This document shows positions 1 through 8,098 of a stretch of DNA of 64,000 nt, piece by piece (the stretch's first letter is position 1; every line of letters begins with the position of its first letter). The stretch comes from Escherichia phage ECO340P2. The DNA lies in the sequence record OP172792, one strand, 5' to 3'. Made by a program: the position numbers and the translations under genes. The notes under the pieces were generated by a model, which was not told the origin of the DNA, ran no database searches, and saw only the letters and a program-made list of their open reading frames with translations.

Positions 1-34
1 TTTATTTACGTTTAAAAGAAGATGCTCAACATTC

Positions 35-47
35 CCGCCTGTGGCGG
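35..47. repeat. short GC hairpin CCGCC-tgt-GGCGG in non-coding left end
   Basis: inverted repeat read directly. Confidence 0.4.
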
Positions 48-171
48 TAACATTTCGCCCCCAAAAGTATTGACTTTTATTCTATTATGTGCATAGTGTG
101 CAATGTATCGGAATGATGATAATCATCCTCCCATTGCCCCCAATAATTATTGCCATGCTAATGATTTCATA

Positions 172-329
172 TTGTAACCATTACAATGATTATTGTTATT
201 GCGCTAATGCTATGATCTTGGTAATTACATATAATGCTAATAATAAGCCAGCGCAATGAGTGTAAGCGTCATTACGCTTGCAATCATTGCAAGCTACGCA
301 GTAACAAGAAATAACCATCACCGATGGTT
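172..329. repeat. cluster of perfect palindromes (TTGTAAccaTTACAA 172-186; AAGCGTcattACGCTT 264-279; GCTTGCAATcATTGCAAGC 276-294; AACCATCaccGATGGTT 313-329)
   Basis: inverted repeats read directly; region has no credible ORF. Confidence 0.6.
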
Positions 330-910
330 ATGATTGTTGGGGTGTAGTTGGCTTATTATTAGCTCGCTATGTGTCCGGCATAGCGTGCTAATGATGATCC
401 TGGGAATGATTCATTTTGTAATTATTTCATTCAGTCACTATTATGGCAATAGTTATTATTTTAATGGTTTCGTTTGTTATTGTTCGTTAGTTGGTTGTTT
501 TGTCGTGTTATCGTTATCTTGCTTACTATTTATCATGGTTTGATTGTTTGTCGTTATCAATCATCTTGCTATTATTCCTTTGATTATGATTAGTTTGCTT
601 ATTGTTTTAGGTTGTTTGTTGGTTAGTTGTTGCGAACTATTATCAACATTATAATTATGCGCTTATACTGCATAGATAATCATTGATAGATGATAATGGT
701 TATCATTGCACTAACCAGGAAGGAAAACAGTGTTTTTGATGGTTTGTTGTTGGTTGTTGATCGATTTTAACCGTTCTAAATAGCTCTCTAACAGCCTGTT
801 TCCCTGGGAGGTATGGTTATTCGTTTAATGGTTGATTAGCTCGATACCGCGATTTATTCAATTTTGTTCTGTGTCGGTTTTTCATAGGCGAAAGCTATCA
901 ACATTGTTCG

Positions 911-950
911 GGCAAAAAGAAAGGGCGCTTGGTGCGCCCCTTGTTTTGTT
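911..950 (-). terminator. intrinsic terminator (GGGCGCttggtGCGCCC + T-run) downstream of first early gene
   Basis: GC stem followed by TTTCTTTTT on minus strand. Confidence 0.6.
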
Positions 951-955
951 GTCGC

Positions 956-1375
956 TTATAACGCTTCATAGATTGAGTAGATCCGGTTTGCCAGGTCGTT
1001 ACGAAAGCGGAATTTTTCATCACGTTTGATCATCAGATCCTTAAAACCGCATTCTTTCAGTGCTTCATTAACTTTATGGCGGCAAACGTTCATATTATCC
1101 TGCGCGTCACCAATAAACTTATTGCTGTGATGCATTGCTTTGATCTCTTCCTCTAATACCAGGGCAACTACACGGATCGGATCAAGCTGATATGCGGTAA
1201 CATCCATGCGGCATTGTAGACGGCTTTTAACATCGTTTACCGGATATACTGCAACCTCTTCCCCGTCAACGTTCACAATAACCAATTTACCATCGATTTC
1301 GAAGCCTTTGGCGGCGCTACCGTGACAAAAAGCGTTATCGAAGGAGTAAGCTGGATTATTTGATTTAATGTTCAT
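956..1375 (-). CDS. hypothetical early protein
   Basis: ORF track 956..1459 trimmed to internal ATG at 1375 with AAAGGAT RBS; the upstream part overlaps its own promoter. Confidence 0.5.
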   Translation of the reverse strand: MNIKSNNPAYSFDNAFCHGSAAKGFEIDGKLVIVNVDGEEVAVYPVNDVKSRLQCRMDVTAYQLDPIRVVALVLEEEIKAMHHSNKFIGDAQDNMNVCRHKVNEALKECGFKDLMIKRDEKFRFRNDLANRIYSIYEAL

Positions 1376-1415
1376 AGTGTTATCCTTTGTTTCGTTGTTT
1401 GCTGCCAGTGAATTA

Positions 1416-1444
1416 AATATAATATAACGCCGATCCCCTGTCAA
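1416..1444 (-). promoter_or_regulatory. sigma70-like promoter TTGACA-N17-TATATT
   Basis: hexamers read on minus strand; -35 flanked by CCCCT/AGGGG inverted repeat. Confidence 0.55.
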
Positions 1445-1469
1445 TAGGGGATAGCGCATTATTTACATT

Positions 1470-1500
1470 TCTTTACGTTAAAGGGCGCTTAGTGCGCCCT
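1470..1500 (-). terminator. terminator-like hairpin GGGCGCttagtGCGCCC
   Basis: same hairpin family as 911-950 and 6544-6571; weak T-run. Confidence 0.4.
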
Positions 1501-1509
1501 TGTATAATC

Positions 1510-1878
1510 TTACTTTGTGCTGTTGTAAACGTTATCGCGTTCAACCATCACGGCAAGGCGGATCAGTTGATCAGTTGTATCGCGTAAATTGTCGGGCCAT
1601 GTTTTACTGTTCCAGCTATCCAGGTTTGATTGTATATAGGTTTCAATGGCTTGATCCATATTATCAAACAAGTTTTCCTCCAGGCTCTCGGCTGTTTCAC
1701 ACTGGAAAGCATTAGCGACACTATTAATCAATAAGCAAGCCAGTAAATCAGCATTACGCCAATTTTTACGGATAGTTTCATCTGTCAAATAACCAACGAG
1801 ATTAACCTTTGCGCCAGTGGTTGACGTTGCGATCACTTCTTGTGCTTTTTCAAGTGCTTTAATTGCTGATTTGCTCAT
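1510..1878 (-). CDS. hypothetical early protein
   Basis: ORF with AAGAGGAAAAG RBS. Confidence 0.55.
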   Translation of the reverse strand: MSKSAIKALEKAQEVIATSTTGAKVNLVGYLTDETIRKNWRNADLLACLLINSVANAFQCETAESLEENLFDNMDQAIETYIQSNLDSWNSKTWPDNLRDTTDQLIRLAVMVERDNVYNSTK

Positions 1879-1892
1879 CTTCTTTTCCTCTT

Positions 1893-1955
1893 TGTGGGCT
1901 TGCTGTATTGCTCGCCCTACGCAATAACTATAAGTTAACAGGAGAAATAAAGCAA
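1893..1955 (-). promoter_or_regulatory. early promoter (TTGCTT-N17-TATAGT) with degenerate leader hairpin
   Basis: promoter-like hexamers and cgtagggcg leader motif. Confidence 0.4.
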
Positions 1956-1956
1956 G

Positions 1957-2190
1957 CTATTTTTTATAAAATTTTTCTGCTGTGATATTCTTCCCAGTAG
2001 GCTTAACCACTTGCAAGATCTTATCATGTGCCGAACGTCCAAAAGAGTAAGATCCGTACACGGTAAACCAATAATCCCCGTTCGGTTGAACGGTTACGGC
2101 GGCGTACGGTGTACCTCTTTCATTATCCCCGATAAAGTGAGAAACATTACCGTTAACATTTGGTTTAGTGCTTTTAATTTGTTCGATCAT
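1957..2190 (-). CDS. hypothetical early protein
   Basis: ORF with TAGGAGT RBS. Confidence 0.55.
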   Translation of the reverse strand: MIEQIKSTKPNVNGNVSHFIGDNERGTPYAAVTVQPNGDYWFTVYGSYSFGRSAHDKILQVVKPTGKNITAEKFYKK

Positions 2191-2208
2191 GATATGACTC
2201 CTAAATCA

Positions 2209-2267
2209 GGCGGGAAACATTCCCGCCCTACGTGATAAATGATAATGTAAGCGTGATCCGGTGTCAA
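2209..2267 (-). promoter_or_regulatory. early promoter + leader hairpin unit (TTGACA-N17-TATCAT; hairpin GGCGGGAAacaTTCCCGCC 2209-2227)
   Basis: read on minus strand; member of repeated module. Confidence 0.6.
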
Positions 2268-2579
2268 TAGGTAGGATTGTAAAGATTTGATAGTTTATCT
2301 CTTTGATGTTTTGTTGTTTGATAGATGTTAGCTATCAATATATAGCGGGGTCGTCCGGTGATTATCTTCCCCTGCTCCCAGGTGCCGCCCGTTCAATAAG
2401 TATAACAAAAAACAGGACAAAAACAAGCCCTGTTTATTTATCTTAAAACCAGTTGCCAACCGTTTCCAATAGGTCACTGACTACCAGGACAACATTAATC
2501 AGCACATATTCAACCAGGAAGGGAATAAGCGCCAGCGTTGCTACTACGATCCCCATTGTGATGATTACCTTTCTCATGG

Positions 2580-2864
2580 TTAGCGGCTTATGTAGGCTTT
2601 ACCGTTTACGGTCATCGGTATGGCTTCAAGGTCGGGATCTTCTTTAAGGTCGCGTGCAAGCTCACCGCACCGGATACCCTCGAAGCCGTGATATTCTGTC
2701 TCGCCATCCTTGAAAGTTTTAGCGGCAAGGCATAGGCGGTAATTAACGCCGATCCGGTTTACTGCGTTAATGTCGGTTAGTGTGATAGATTCCGGCAACT
2801 CTTTAGCCACTACAGGCGCGTTAATACCAACAACCAGGGCAACTACTGCGATCATCTTTTTCAT
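2580..2864 (-). CDS. small secreted protein (signal peptide)
   Basis: N-terminal MKKMIAVVALVVGINAPVVA; RBS GGAAGAGGA. Confidence 0.55.
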   Translation of the reverse strand: MKKMIAVVALVVGINAPVVAKELPESITLTDINAVNRIGVNYRLCLAAKTFKDGETEYHGFEGIRCGELARDLKEDPDLEAIPMTVNGKAYISR

Positions 2865-2896
2865 GCTGTCTATCCTCTTCCTATTGCGTTTAATGG

Positions 2897-2910
2897 GGGC
2901 GTTACCGCCC
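2897..2910 (-). promoter_or_regulatory. leader hairpin GGGCGttacCGCCC (promoter overlaps upstream gene end)
   Basis: hairpin of the repeated family immediately upstream of RBS. Confidence 0.45.
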
Positions 2911-2920
2911 TGCTTATGGT

Positions 2921-3157
2921 TTATTGATTGATGTTATGATGAAAGTTATTTTCTTCAATAGCTTTTAAAATAAAAGCCGTGATCGCTTTCGTGTCTACTT
3001 GTTCGAACGTATCAGAATAACACCAATAATAATCATCCCCTACTTTAGGCGGGTAAACTTGGACAAGGAGATCGCCACCTGGTTGATCTATAAGCTCAAC
3101 ATGCAAGCCGGATGATTCGGCGGTTTTAACGGCGTGTAATACTGTTGCTATACTCAT
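2921..3157 (-). CDS. hypothetical early protein
   Basis: ORF with AAAGGGAAAG RBS. Confidence 0.55.
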   Translation of the reverse strand: MSIATVLHAVKTAESSGLHVELIDQPGGDLLVQVYPPKVGDDYYWCYSDTFEQVDTKAITAFILKAIEENNFHHNINQ

Positions 3158-3177
3158 AATCTTTCCCTTTCTGATGT

Positions 3178-3193
3178 GGGGCGTTGCCGCCCC
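3178..3193 (-). promoter_or_regulatory. leader hairpin GGGGCGttgcCGCCCC
   Basis: hairpin of repeated family. Confidence 0.45.
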
Positions 3194-3201
3194 TTTGTTG
3201 A

Positions 3202-3501
3202 TTAGATCGCTGTTTCCAGTAGTTCGGCTAACGTTTTACCGCCTGATAGTTGGTCTAATGTTTGCTCTTCTGGCAAGAAATTAGCGGACACTAAACCTAC
3301 TTGATCCCCTTTGTGCCAATTAGCCTGGCGGGTGATGCCATCCTTCAAAGATTTTATCGCCATAGTGCAACCATCGCCAAATGATTCATTTTTATGATCC
3401 ATCACTTCATAAGCGCCCAGCTTGCTACTGTTAGGTACCATTAACATAAATACATCACCAACAATCAGTTTTTCTACGGTAATAATAGCGATAGTTTCCA
3501 T
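3202..3501 (-). CDS. hypothetical early protein
   Basis: ORF with GAGGAAAG RBS. Confidence 0.55.
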   Translation of the reverse strand: METIAIITVEKLIVGDVFMLMVPNSSKLGAYEVMDHKNESFGDGCTMAIKSLKDGITRQANWHKGDQVGLVSANFLPEEQTLDQLSGGKTLAELLETAI

Positions 3502-3519
3502 TTTACTTTCCTCATTATC

Positions 3520-3576
3520 GGCGGCACCATTGCCGCCCTACGTGGTAAATATTAGCACACTGGCGATCTGTGTCAA
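3520..3576 (-). promoter_or_regulatory. early promoter + leader hairpin unit (TTGACA-N16-TAATAT; hairpin GGCGGCAccatTGCCGCC 3520-3537)
   Basis: canonical copy of the module. Confidence 0.65.
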
Positions 3577-3582
3577 TACTTT

Positions 3583-3969
3583 TTATTCAATATAAATCAA
3601 ATTATCTTCACCAATGTAAGCCGACACGTTCGGCATAAACTTAGCTGCATTGGTTAGGCGGTTGGCTGTGTTAGTGGTGTATATTTCAGGGCGATCCCAA
3701 AAGCCTACGCCGTGACCGTTACGGGTAAAATGTAAATCATTCCCGATCTGGTTGGCTGTTGCGCCGTCGCTCATTGCCTCAGAGATAGCGGCAAGATTAG
3801 CATTAATAAAGGCTGTTACATCCTGGGCGATCCGTTGATCTGCGCTAGGAGAAAAATCATAATCGTCTAAGTTATCAATAAAATTACCTTCATGATCCCT
3901 TGCTGATTCAGCAAAAATAAAGGCTTCTTTATAGCCGTTGATGATTTCAATAATGATTTCTGTTTTCAT
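3583..3969 (-). CDS. hypothetical early protein
   Basis: ORF; start overlaps stop of upstream gene (translational coupling). Confidence 0.55.
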   Translation of the reverse strand: MKTEIIIEIINGYKEAFIFAESARDHEGNFIDNLDDYDFSPSADQRIAQDVTAFINANLAAISEAMSDGATANQIGNDLHFTRNGHGVGFWDRPEIYTTNTANRLTNAAKFMPNVSAYIGEDNLIYIE

Positions 3970-4181
3970 GCTGTACGCTCGACAATAATAATAGTTTGCG
4001 GGATCTCGTTTTCTACTACTAACAAGGCTTTTTTCTGTGTGATAGATATTTTAACACGTTGTAAAGTAGCGGTAAAATCTTTCATTTCATTATGCGCGGA
4101 TTTAGTACAATGCCAGATCTCAGGCTTACCAACTTGTAAGCCGCGTAAAAATTCCGTTTTGCCTGTTTTGTTCGTGATCAT
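3966..4181 (-). CDS. hypothetical early protein
   Basis: ORF; ATG at 4181 with TAAGGTGA RBS (track uses GTG at 4190). Confidence 0.5.
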   Translation of the reverse strand: MITNKTGKTEFLRGLQVGKPEIWHCTKSAHNEMKDFTATLQRVKISITQKKALLVVENEIPQTIIIVERTA

Positions 4182-4191
4182 TTGTTTCACC

Positions 4192-4296
4192 TTAACCGAT
4201 ACCGTGGGAAGATAGGATCATATTAGCCATAGTTGCAACTACTCCAACCGATAACGCCAGGCCAACCACTGCAACCGTGAAAATTTTCTCTAACAT
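4192..4296 (-). CDS. small hydrophobic membrane peptide (34 aa)
   Basis: track ORF 4192..4395 trimmed; its upstream part runs through the leader hairpin and promoter; hydrophobic sequence. Confidence 0.4.
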   Translation of the reverse strand: MLEKIFTVAVVGLALSVGVVATMANMILSSHGIG

Positions 4297-4314
4297 GATT
4301 CTACCCTCATTAAT

Positions 4315-4377
4315 GGGCGTTGCACCATTGCCCCGCCCTACGTAATACACTTTACTAGATAACAAATTATTGTCAAG
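4315..4377 (-). promoter_or_regulatory. early promoter + irregular leader hairpin unit
   Basis: TGTCAA at 4372-4377 (minus-strand TTGACA); hairpin with enlarged loop containing caccattgcc. Confidence 0.5.
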
Positions 4378-4379
4378 CT

Positions 4380-4517
4380 TTATTTTACTTCCCAAACGGA
4401 AAATTCGCTGCCTGTTGGGATCATTTTTTTAATCTTGTTTGCTGCCGCTACCAGGTCAACGGCTTGTACTGTAATAATATAACCAATTGTCGAGGCTGTT
4501 GCGTTGAAAGTTTTCAT
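4380..4517 (-). CDS. hypothetical small early protein (45 aa)
   Basis: hand-translated ORF below track size cut-off, sits in a gap between genes. Confidence 0.4.
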   Translation of the reverse strand: MKTFNATASTIGYIITVQAVDLVAAANKIKKMIPTGSEFSVWEVK

Positions 4518-4536
4518 TATATTGCCCTTTAATACA

Positions 4537-4554
4537 GGCGGGATTAATCCCGCC
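4537..4554 (-). promoter_or_regulatory. leader hairpin GGCGGGAttaaTCCCGCC
   Basis: perfect palindrome 7 nt after stop of upstream gene. Confidence 0.45.
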
Positions 4555-4561
4555 TTTTTGA

Positions 4562-4732
4562 TTACTCTTCATTATCGCCGTTATAGTATTCAATGCCGTT
4601 TTCATCGGTTACGGTGATGTTAACGCCACCGATAGCAACACGATCACGGGCAAACGTCATAGCTTCATTTAAATCTTCAGACCAAAAAATATTGTGACCT
4701 TTGCGCGATACATAAAACATAGTCGGGATCAT
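4562..4732 (-). CDS. hypothetical small early protein (56 aa)
   Basis: track ORF 4562..4816 trimmed to ATG after leader hairpin. Confidence 0.5.
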   Translation of the reverse strand: MIPTMFYVSRKGHNIFWSEDLNEAMTFARDRVAIGGVNITVTDENGIEYYNGDNEE

Positions 4733-4755
4733 GATTTGTTTCTCTTCTGTTATGA

Positions 4756-4816
4756 GCGGTGGACCATTCCGCCGCCCTATGTGGTAAACTTTACTACGTT
4801 GTTTGCCTGCTGTCAA
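4756..4816 (-). promoter_or_regulatory. early promoter + leader hairpin unit (variant hairpin GGCGGtGGACCAttCCGCCGCC)
   Basis: TGTCAA at 4811-4816; hairpin variant. Confidence 0.5.
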
Positions 4817-4817
4817 A

Positions 4818-5102
4818 CTATTTTTTAATGTTTTGCCCTACAAAATCGATCACTTCCTTAAGCTGTCTCTCTGTCATGATCGTACCTGGTAACTCTTCTT
4901 TAATTTCTTCCGGTAAATAGATATTACCGCGCCAGGTTAACAAACAACCGTTTTGATCTTCGCAGATAGAATAAGAAAACATCCACTCGCAATCATTTTC
5001 AAGCTCCCAAAAACACAAAAAGTCTTCTTTCCCTAAGTTTTCAACGGTTAAACATAATCCGCGACGTGCTGCATAATTAGTTAGGCTTTTTGTGATTTTC
5101 AT
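4818..5102 (-). CDS. hypothetical early protein
   Basis: track ORF trimmed to ATG 5102 with AGAAGAGAGAAAAA RBS. Confidence 0.5.
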   Translation of the reverse strand: MKITKSLTNYAARRGLCLTVENLGKEDFLCFWELENDCEWMFSYSICEDQNGCLLTWRGNIYLPEEIKEELPGTIMTERQLKEVIDFVGQNIKK

Positions 5103-5123
5103 GATTTTTCTCTCTTCTTGTGA

Positions 5124-5179
5124 GCGGCACCATTGCCGCCCTACAAGATACATATTACCAGATTAAGCGGACTTGTCAA
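5124..5179 (-). promoter_or_regulatory. early promoter + leader hairpin unit (hairpin GCGGCAccatTGCCGC)
   Basis: TGTCAA 5174-5179. Confidence 0.6.
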
Positions 5180-5300
5180 ACTATTTTTTCTTTTTCTTTG
5201 CTTTCAATCGTCTAAGGTTACGGCTGGACTTATTGCGCAAGGCGCTTAGATCGTCGTACCCTTTCCATGCTTGCATATCTTTCGGATTCATGTTATCCCC

Positions 5301-5462
5301 TTACTTGTTAGCCGGATCATATACCAGGACCGCGCCGCTTGCTTTCACGCTTTCCGCTTCATAGTTGCGCAGATCGTTTTCTGTAAGATTGAGCGCGATC
5401 ACTTCCTCGATCTCAACGCCAGCGGCAAGGGCGATCTCTTTGATAATATCTGTTGTTTTCAT
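5301..5462 (-). CDS. hypothetical small early protein
   Basis: track ORF trimmed to ATG 5462 with AAGGTG RBS. Confidence 0.45.
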   Translation of the reverse strand: MKTTDIIKEIALAAGVEIEEVIALNLTENDLRNYEAESVKASGAVLVYDPANK

Positions 5463-5472
5463 GGTGTGCACC

Positions 5473-5592
5473 TTATAAGATGATTGATAAGATAGTGACA
5501 ACGAAAGCGATTATACTGATGGCAAATGTCATCTTTTTACCTTCGGATACTGCCGGATTTTCTACCGTGTATTCTACTGTGTACTTGCTCAT
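5473..5592 (-). CDS. small hydrophobic membrane peptide (39 aa)
   Basis: hand-translated ORF below track size cut-off; hydrophobic C-terminal half. Confidence 0.4.
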   Translation of the reverse strand: MSKYTVEYTVENPAVSEGKKMTFAISIIAFVVTILSIIL

Positions 5593-5614
5593 CGTGTAAT
5601 CCTCTCGTTTGCTT

Positions 5615-5677
5615 TGGGAACTATTCCCGCCGCCCTATGAATTAAATATACACTATCTCAAAATGATTGCAAGCCTT
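5615..5677 (-). promoter_or_regulatory. early promoter (TTGCAA-N16-TATATT) + leader hairpin GGGAActaTTCCC
   Basis: read on minus strand. Confidence 0.5.
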
Positions 5678-5690
5678 TTTCTAAATTATT

Positions 5691-5975
5691 TTATTCAGTA
5701 AACAAACCATCATTTACAACGGCGGCGATGATCTCCCGTGCCATTGATTCAGGGAAAGGGGCGCTATAGTCCTGGCTTGTCTCATCGGTATCGGTGATCC
5801 AATGATAAGCTAACGAGTAAAAGCCTTTACTAACTGTTTTCAGTGAGATGATGATCACTCGGTCAAGCTTATTGGTGAATGTTGCCGTTAATGTGTTACC
5901 CTCCTGCGTCATGTTGGACAAGTAAGCGAGATCATTAATCAGGGAAAACATTAGCACGGTGTTAGCTTTACTCAT
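5691..5975 (-). CDS. hypothetical early protein
   Basis: track ORF trimmed to ATG 5975 with GAGGA RBS. Confidence 0.5.
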   Translation of the reverse strand: MSKANTVLMFSLINDLAYLSNMTQEGNTLTATFTNKLDRVIIISLKTVSKGFYSLAYHWITDTDETSQDYSAPFPESMAREIIAAVVNDGLFTE

Positions 5976-6005
5976 GATTGCATCCTCAAAGGGGCGCGGC
6001 ACCAT

Positions 6006-6060
6006 TGCCGCCCTACACGATAACTATAACACAATGTAAAACAGGGTCAACCTTTATTTT
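6006..6060 (-). promoter_or_regulatory. early promoter (TTGACC-N16-TATAGT) + leader hairpin
   Basis: read on minus strand. Confidence 0.55.
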
Positions 6061-6253
6061 TCCACGGTGTCAGCTTGTTAATCATTGGTGATAAATAGCG
6101 TTTACCAACGTAAAACAGTACGCCAACTGATGCAACGGCGGCGACCTCATGCATAGCCGACGGGAAACGGGTATCATAATAAGATCCAATAATAGCAATA
6201 GCGGCAACGGCTGCAACGTCGATAATGATTTTCTCTTGTTTTGCGGTGATCAT
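6047..6253 (-). CDS. small membrane protein
   Basis: hydrophobic segment AAVAAIAIIGSYY; RBS AAAAGG. Confidence 0.5.
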   Translation of the reverse strand: MITAKQEKIIIDVAAVAAIAIIGSYYDTRFPSAMHEVAAVASVGVLFYVGKRYLSPMINKLTPWKNKG

Positions 6254-6275
6254 AGTATTTACCTTTTTGTATGGT

Positions 6276-6332
6276 GGGGAACTATTCCCCGCCTGATGTA
6301 ATACAGTTTAACAGGTCCGGTTATGGTGTCAA
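6276..6332 (-). promoter_or_regulatory. early promoter + leader hairpin unit (GGGGAActaTTCCCC)
   Basis: TGTCAA 6327-6332. Confidence 0.55.
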
Positions 6333-6338
6333 CCACTT

Positions 6339-6524
6339 TTAAAGATATTTTATGCTAATGACGTTTTCAGGTTTTACCTTGTTATGATGTGCATCAACAT
6401 AGATCAAACCATCGTCAGAAAAGCCCAGGATCACGCCCTGCGCGATAAAACCGTACTCGTCACGGTAACGCACGGCTATTTTTAATGTTGCGTTGTAGGC
6501 TGTTTTAAGCTCGTTTAAAGTCAT
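6339..6524 (-). CDS. hypothetical small early protein
   Basis: ORF with GAGGATAAACAAAA RBS. Confidence 0.5.
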   Translation of the reverse strand: MTLNELKTAYNATLKIAVRYRDEYGFIAQGVILGFSDDGLIYVDAHHNKVKPENVISIKYL

Positions 6525-6543
6525 TTTTGTTTATCCTCTACAT

Positions 6544-6571
6544 GTAAAAAGAAAGGGCGCTTGATGCGCCC
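6544..6571 (-). terminator. intrinsic terminator/attenuator (GGGCGCatcaaGCGCCC + TTTCTTTTT) between two co-directional early genes
   Basis: GC stem plus T-run on minus strand. Confidence 0.55.
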
Positions 6572-6579
6572 TTGTTATG

Positions 6580-6726
6580 TTAATCCTCTAAATCCATCCA
6601 ATTATATTTGTCACTCTTCCCGCGCTTTGTTTTATTACGCTTGTCACCTTTGCGGATCACTTCCTCGTTCCAGGCCTTGCGGATCTTGGAAGATTGAATT
6701 TTTTCTGCGCGATTAGATGTATTCAT
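6580..6726 (-). CDS. small basic protein (48 aa)
   Basis: hand-translated ORF; Lys/Arg-rich. Confidence 0.4.
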   Translation of the reverse strand: MNTSNRAEKIQSSKIRKAWNEEVIRKGDKRNKTKRGKSDKYNWMDLED

Positions 6727-6746
6727 TTTGTTTCCTCTTTATATGA

Positions 6747-6799
6747 GCGGCACCATTGCCGCTATATTGTTAATTTAAACTGTTTTGTAAAATTGTCAA
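6747..6799 (-). promoter_or_regulatory. early promoter (TTGACA-N16-TAAATT) + leader hairpin
   Basis: read on minus strand. Confidence 0.6.
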
Positions 6800-6805
6800 G
6801 GTTTA

Positions 6806-7159
6806 TCATTCATAAGAGCAAGCAAGGATCACGCCTGCAATATAAAGCCAATAATTTTCCCTTTCTCGTTGGATTTTATCATCGCTGCTATTCTCTTTAA
6901 TGTATCCCCAGGATGTTAACAGGCGATCAATTTCCCAATATTCGAAAGCGATATTGATATCTGATGGCAAACCTTGTAACCATGATGCAAGTGCTTTAAC
7001 AATACTATAATTAAAACGTGATTGGTTATCAGGGTACCAGTACTCGGAATTAAAACGGCGCATCAATTCCGCGATCTTCTCTTTTTCGGTTGTAATACCA
7101 TAATCATTAAAATCGATAGCGGCAAGGATGTACTCTTTAATTGCATTTTGTGCTTTCAT
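6806..7159 (-). CDS. hypothetical early protein
   Basis: ORF with AAAGAGAGAAAGACC RBS. Confidence 0.55.
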   Translation of the reverse strand: MKAQNAIKEYILAAIDFNDYGITTEKEKIAELMRRFNSEYWYPDNQSRFNYSIVKALASWLQGLPSDINIAFEYWEIDRLLTSWGYIKENSSDDKIQRERENYWLYIAGVILACSYE

Positions 7160-7178
7160 GGTCTTTCTCTCTTTTTGA

Positions 7179-7235
7179 GCGGGAACTATTCCCGCCCTAC
7201 GTGTAACAGTTTACTGAAAATTAAATCCGTGTCAA
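7179..7235 (-). promoter_or_regulatory. early promoter (TTGACA-N16-TAAACT) + leader hairpin GCGGGAActaTTCCCGC
   Basis: read on minus strand. Confidence 0.6.
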
Positions 7236-7238
7236 GCT

Positions 7239-7460
7239 TTATTTTGTTACTACCATTTGGTACCCTGTTTCAATGTTAGTAAATACTGTTATCCCGTCCT
7301 GGCGTTCACTCATTAGCATACAAGGCGCTAACATCCTTTCTACTGCCTTGCACTCATTGTAAACGGCGGTTATGTCTCCTGCGGCCTTGTCTTCTGTGGT
7401 GAATGTATCGTTTACGTAAACCTGACCAGCGACAACGGTGACAATAGCGAAAGTGATCAT
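7239..7460 (-). CDS. hypothetical small early protein
   Basis: ORF; shares RBS and first 5 codons (MITFA) with gene 7535..7702. Confidence 0.5.
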   Translation of the reverse strand: MITFAIVTVVAGQVYVNDTFTTEDKAAGDITAVYNECKAVERMLAPCMLMSERQDGITVFTNIETGYQMVVTK

Positions 7461-7493
7461 GGTGTTTCCTTGTTAGTAGTGGTTTCTCTTCTC

Positions 7494-7532
7494 TATAGCG
7501 CCCATTGTAAGGCGCTATAACGAAAAGTCAAC
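7494..7532 (-). promoter_or_regulatory. promoter TTGACT-N16-TACAAT embedded in a hairpin (TATAGCGCC/GGCGCTATA)
   Basis: -10 lies in the loop of a 9-bp inverted repeat. Confidence 0.45.
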
Positions 7533-7534
7533 GA

Positions 7535-7702
7535 TTATTTTTTAAGGCTTAAAGTACCTAACTTGTCAGCATGACGCAGACCAGGGAAGATCCATTTGCC
7601 TGACTCATCTTTCACCGGGGCTTTAAGCGTAGCGCCCAGGTTGGCGGCGTTAACTTTACGTGCAACGTTGCGAGCGGCTTCACGGGTAGCGAAAGTGATC
7701 AT
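7535..7702 (-). CDS. hypothetical small early protein (55 aa)
   Basis: hand-translated ORF below track size cut-off. Confidence 0.4.
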   Translation of the reverse strand: MITFATREAARNVARKVNAANLGATLKAPVKDESGKWIFPGLRHADKLGTLSLKK

Positions 7703-7726
7703 GGTGTTTTCCTCTTCTCTTTGTTA

Positions 7727-7788
7727 GGCGGTGGACCATTCCGCCGCCTTGATGTAATACAGTTTACTTTATTTTATTAAGATTGCAA
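7727..7788 (-). promoter_or_regulatory. early promoter (TTGCAA) + variant leader hairpin
   Basis: same hairpin variant as 4756-4776. Confidence 0.5.
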
Positions 7789-7794
7789 GCGGTT

Positions 7795-8010
7795 TTATGA
7801 AATAATTGTCAAAGTAAAATCATAAGACTGATTTAATTTATATTGTACTTTATTGCCGTAGTAGTCACCTTTACGTAAAGATCCGCGAATACCTATCACA
7901 TCCTTTACATCTTTAAGACTTTTTACGCCTGTAATGTCTTTATTGAAATACTCGTCATCTGAAAATAAAACTTGACTTGCATTTTTTAACAGTGTGCGGA
8001 TATTAGCCAT
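7795..8010 (-). CDS. hypothetical small early protein
   Basis: track ORF trimmed to ATG 8010. Confidence 0.5.
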   Translation of the reverse strand: MANIRTLLKNASQVLFSDDEYFNKDITGVKSLKDVKDVIGIRGSLRKGDYYGNKVQYKLNQSYDFTLTIIS

Positions 8011-8031
8011 CGTGATAATCTCTCTTCTTGT

Positions 8032-8089
8032 TGGCGGCACCATTGCCGCCCTACGTAATACAGTTTACTCTTTTTCTTTCCAGTGTCAA
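8032..8089 (-). promoter_or_regulatory. early promoter (TTGACA-N16-TAAACT) + leader hairpin GGCGGCAccatTGCCGCC
   Basis: canonical copy. Confidence 0.65.
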
Positions 8090-8098
8090 CAATCTTTT

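Noticed and set aside
334-543. 69-aa plus-strand ORF in the left non-coding region
   Set aside because: Cys/Val/Leu-rich low-complexity translation of repeat DNA, no RBS, opposite to all neighbouring genes.
832-1029. 65-aa plus-strand ORF
   Set aside because: Overlaps the terminator hairpin and the 3' end of the leftward gene 956..1375; no RBS.
4562-4816. N-terminal extensions of several track ORFs (e.g. 4562..4816, 4192..4395, 4818..5153, 5691..6005, 7795..8043, 8415..8711, 956..1459)
   Set aside because: The extensions translate straight through the conserved promoter and leader hairpin; an internal ATG with a proper RBS lies just downstream, so the ORFs were trimmed.
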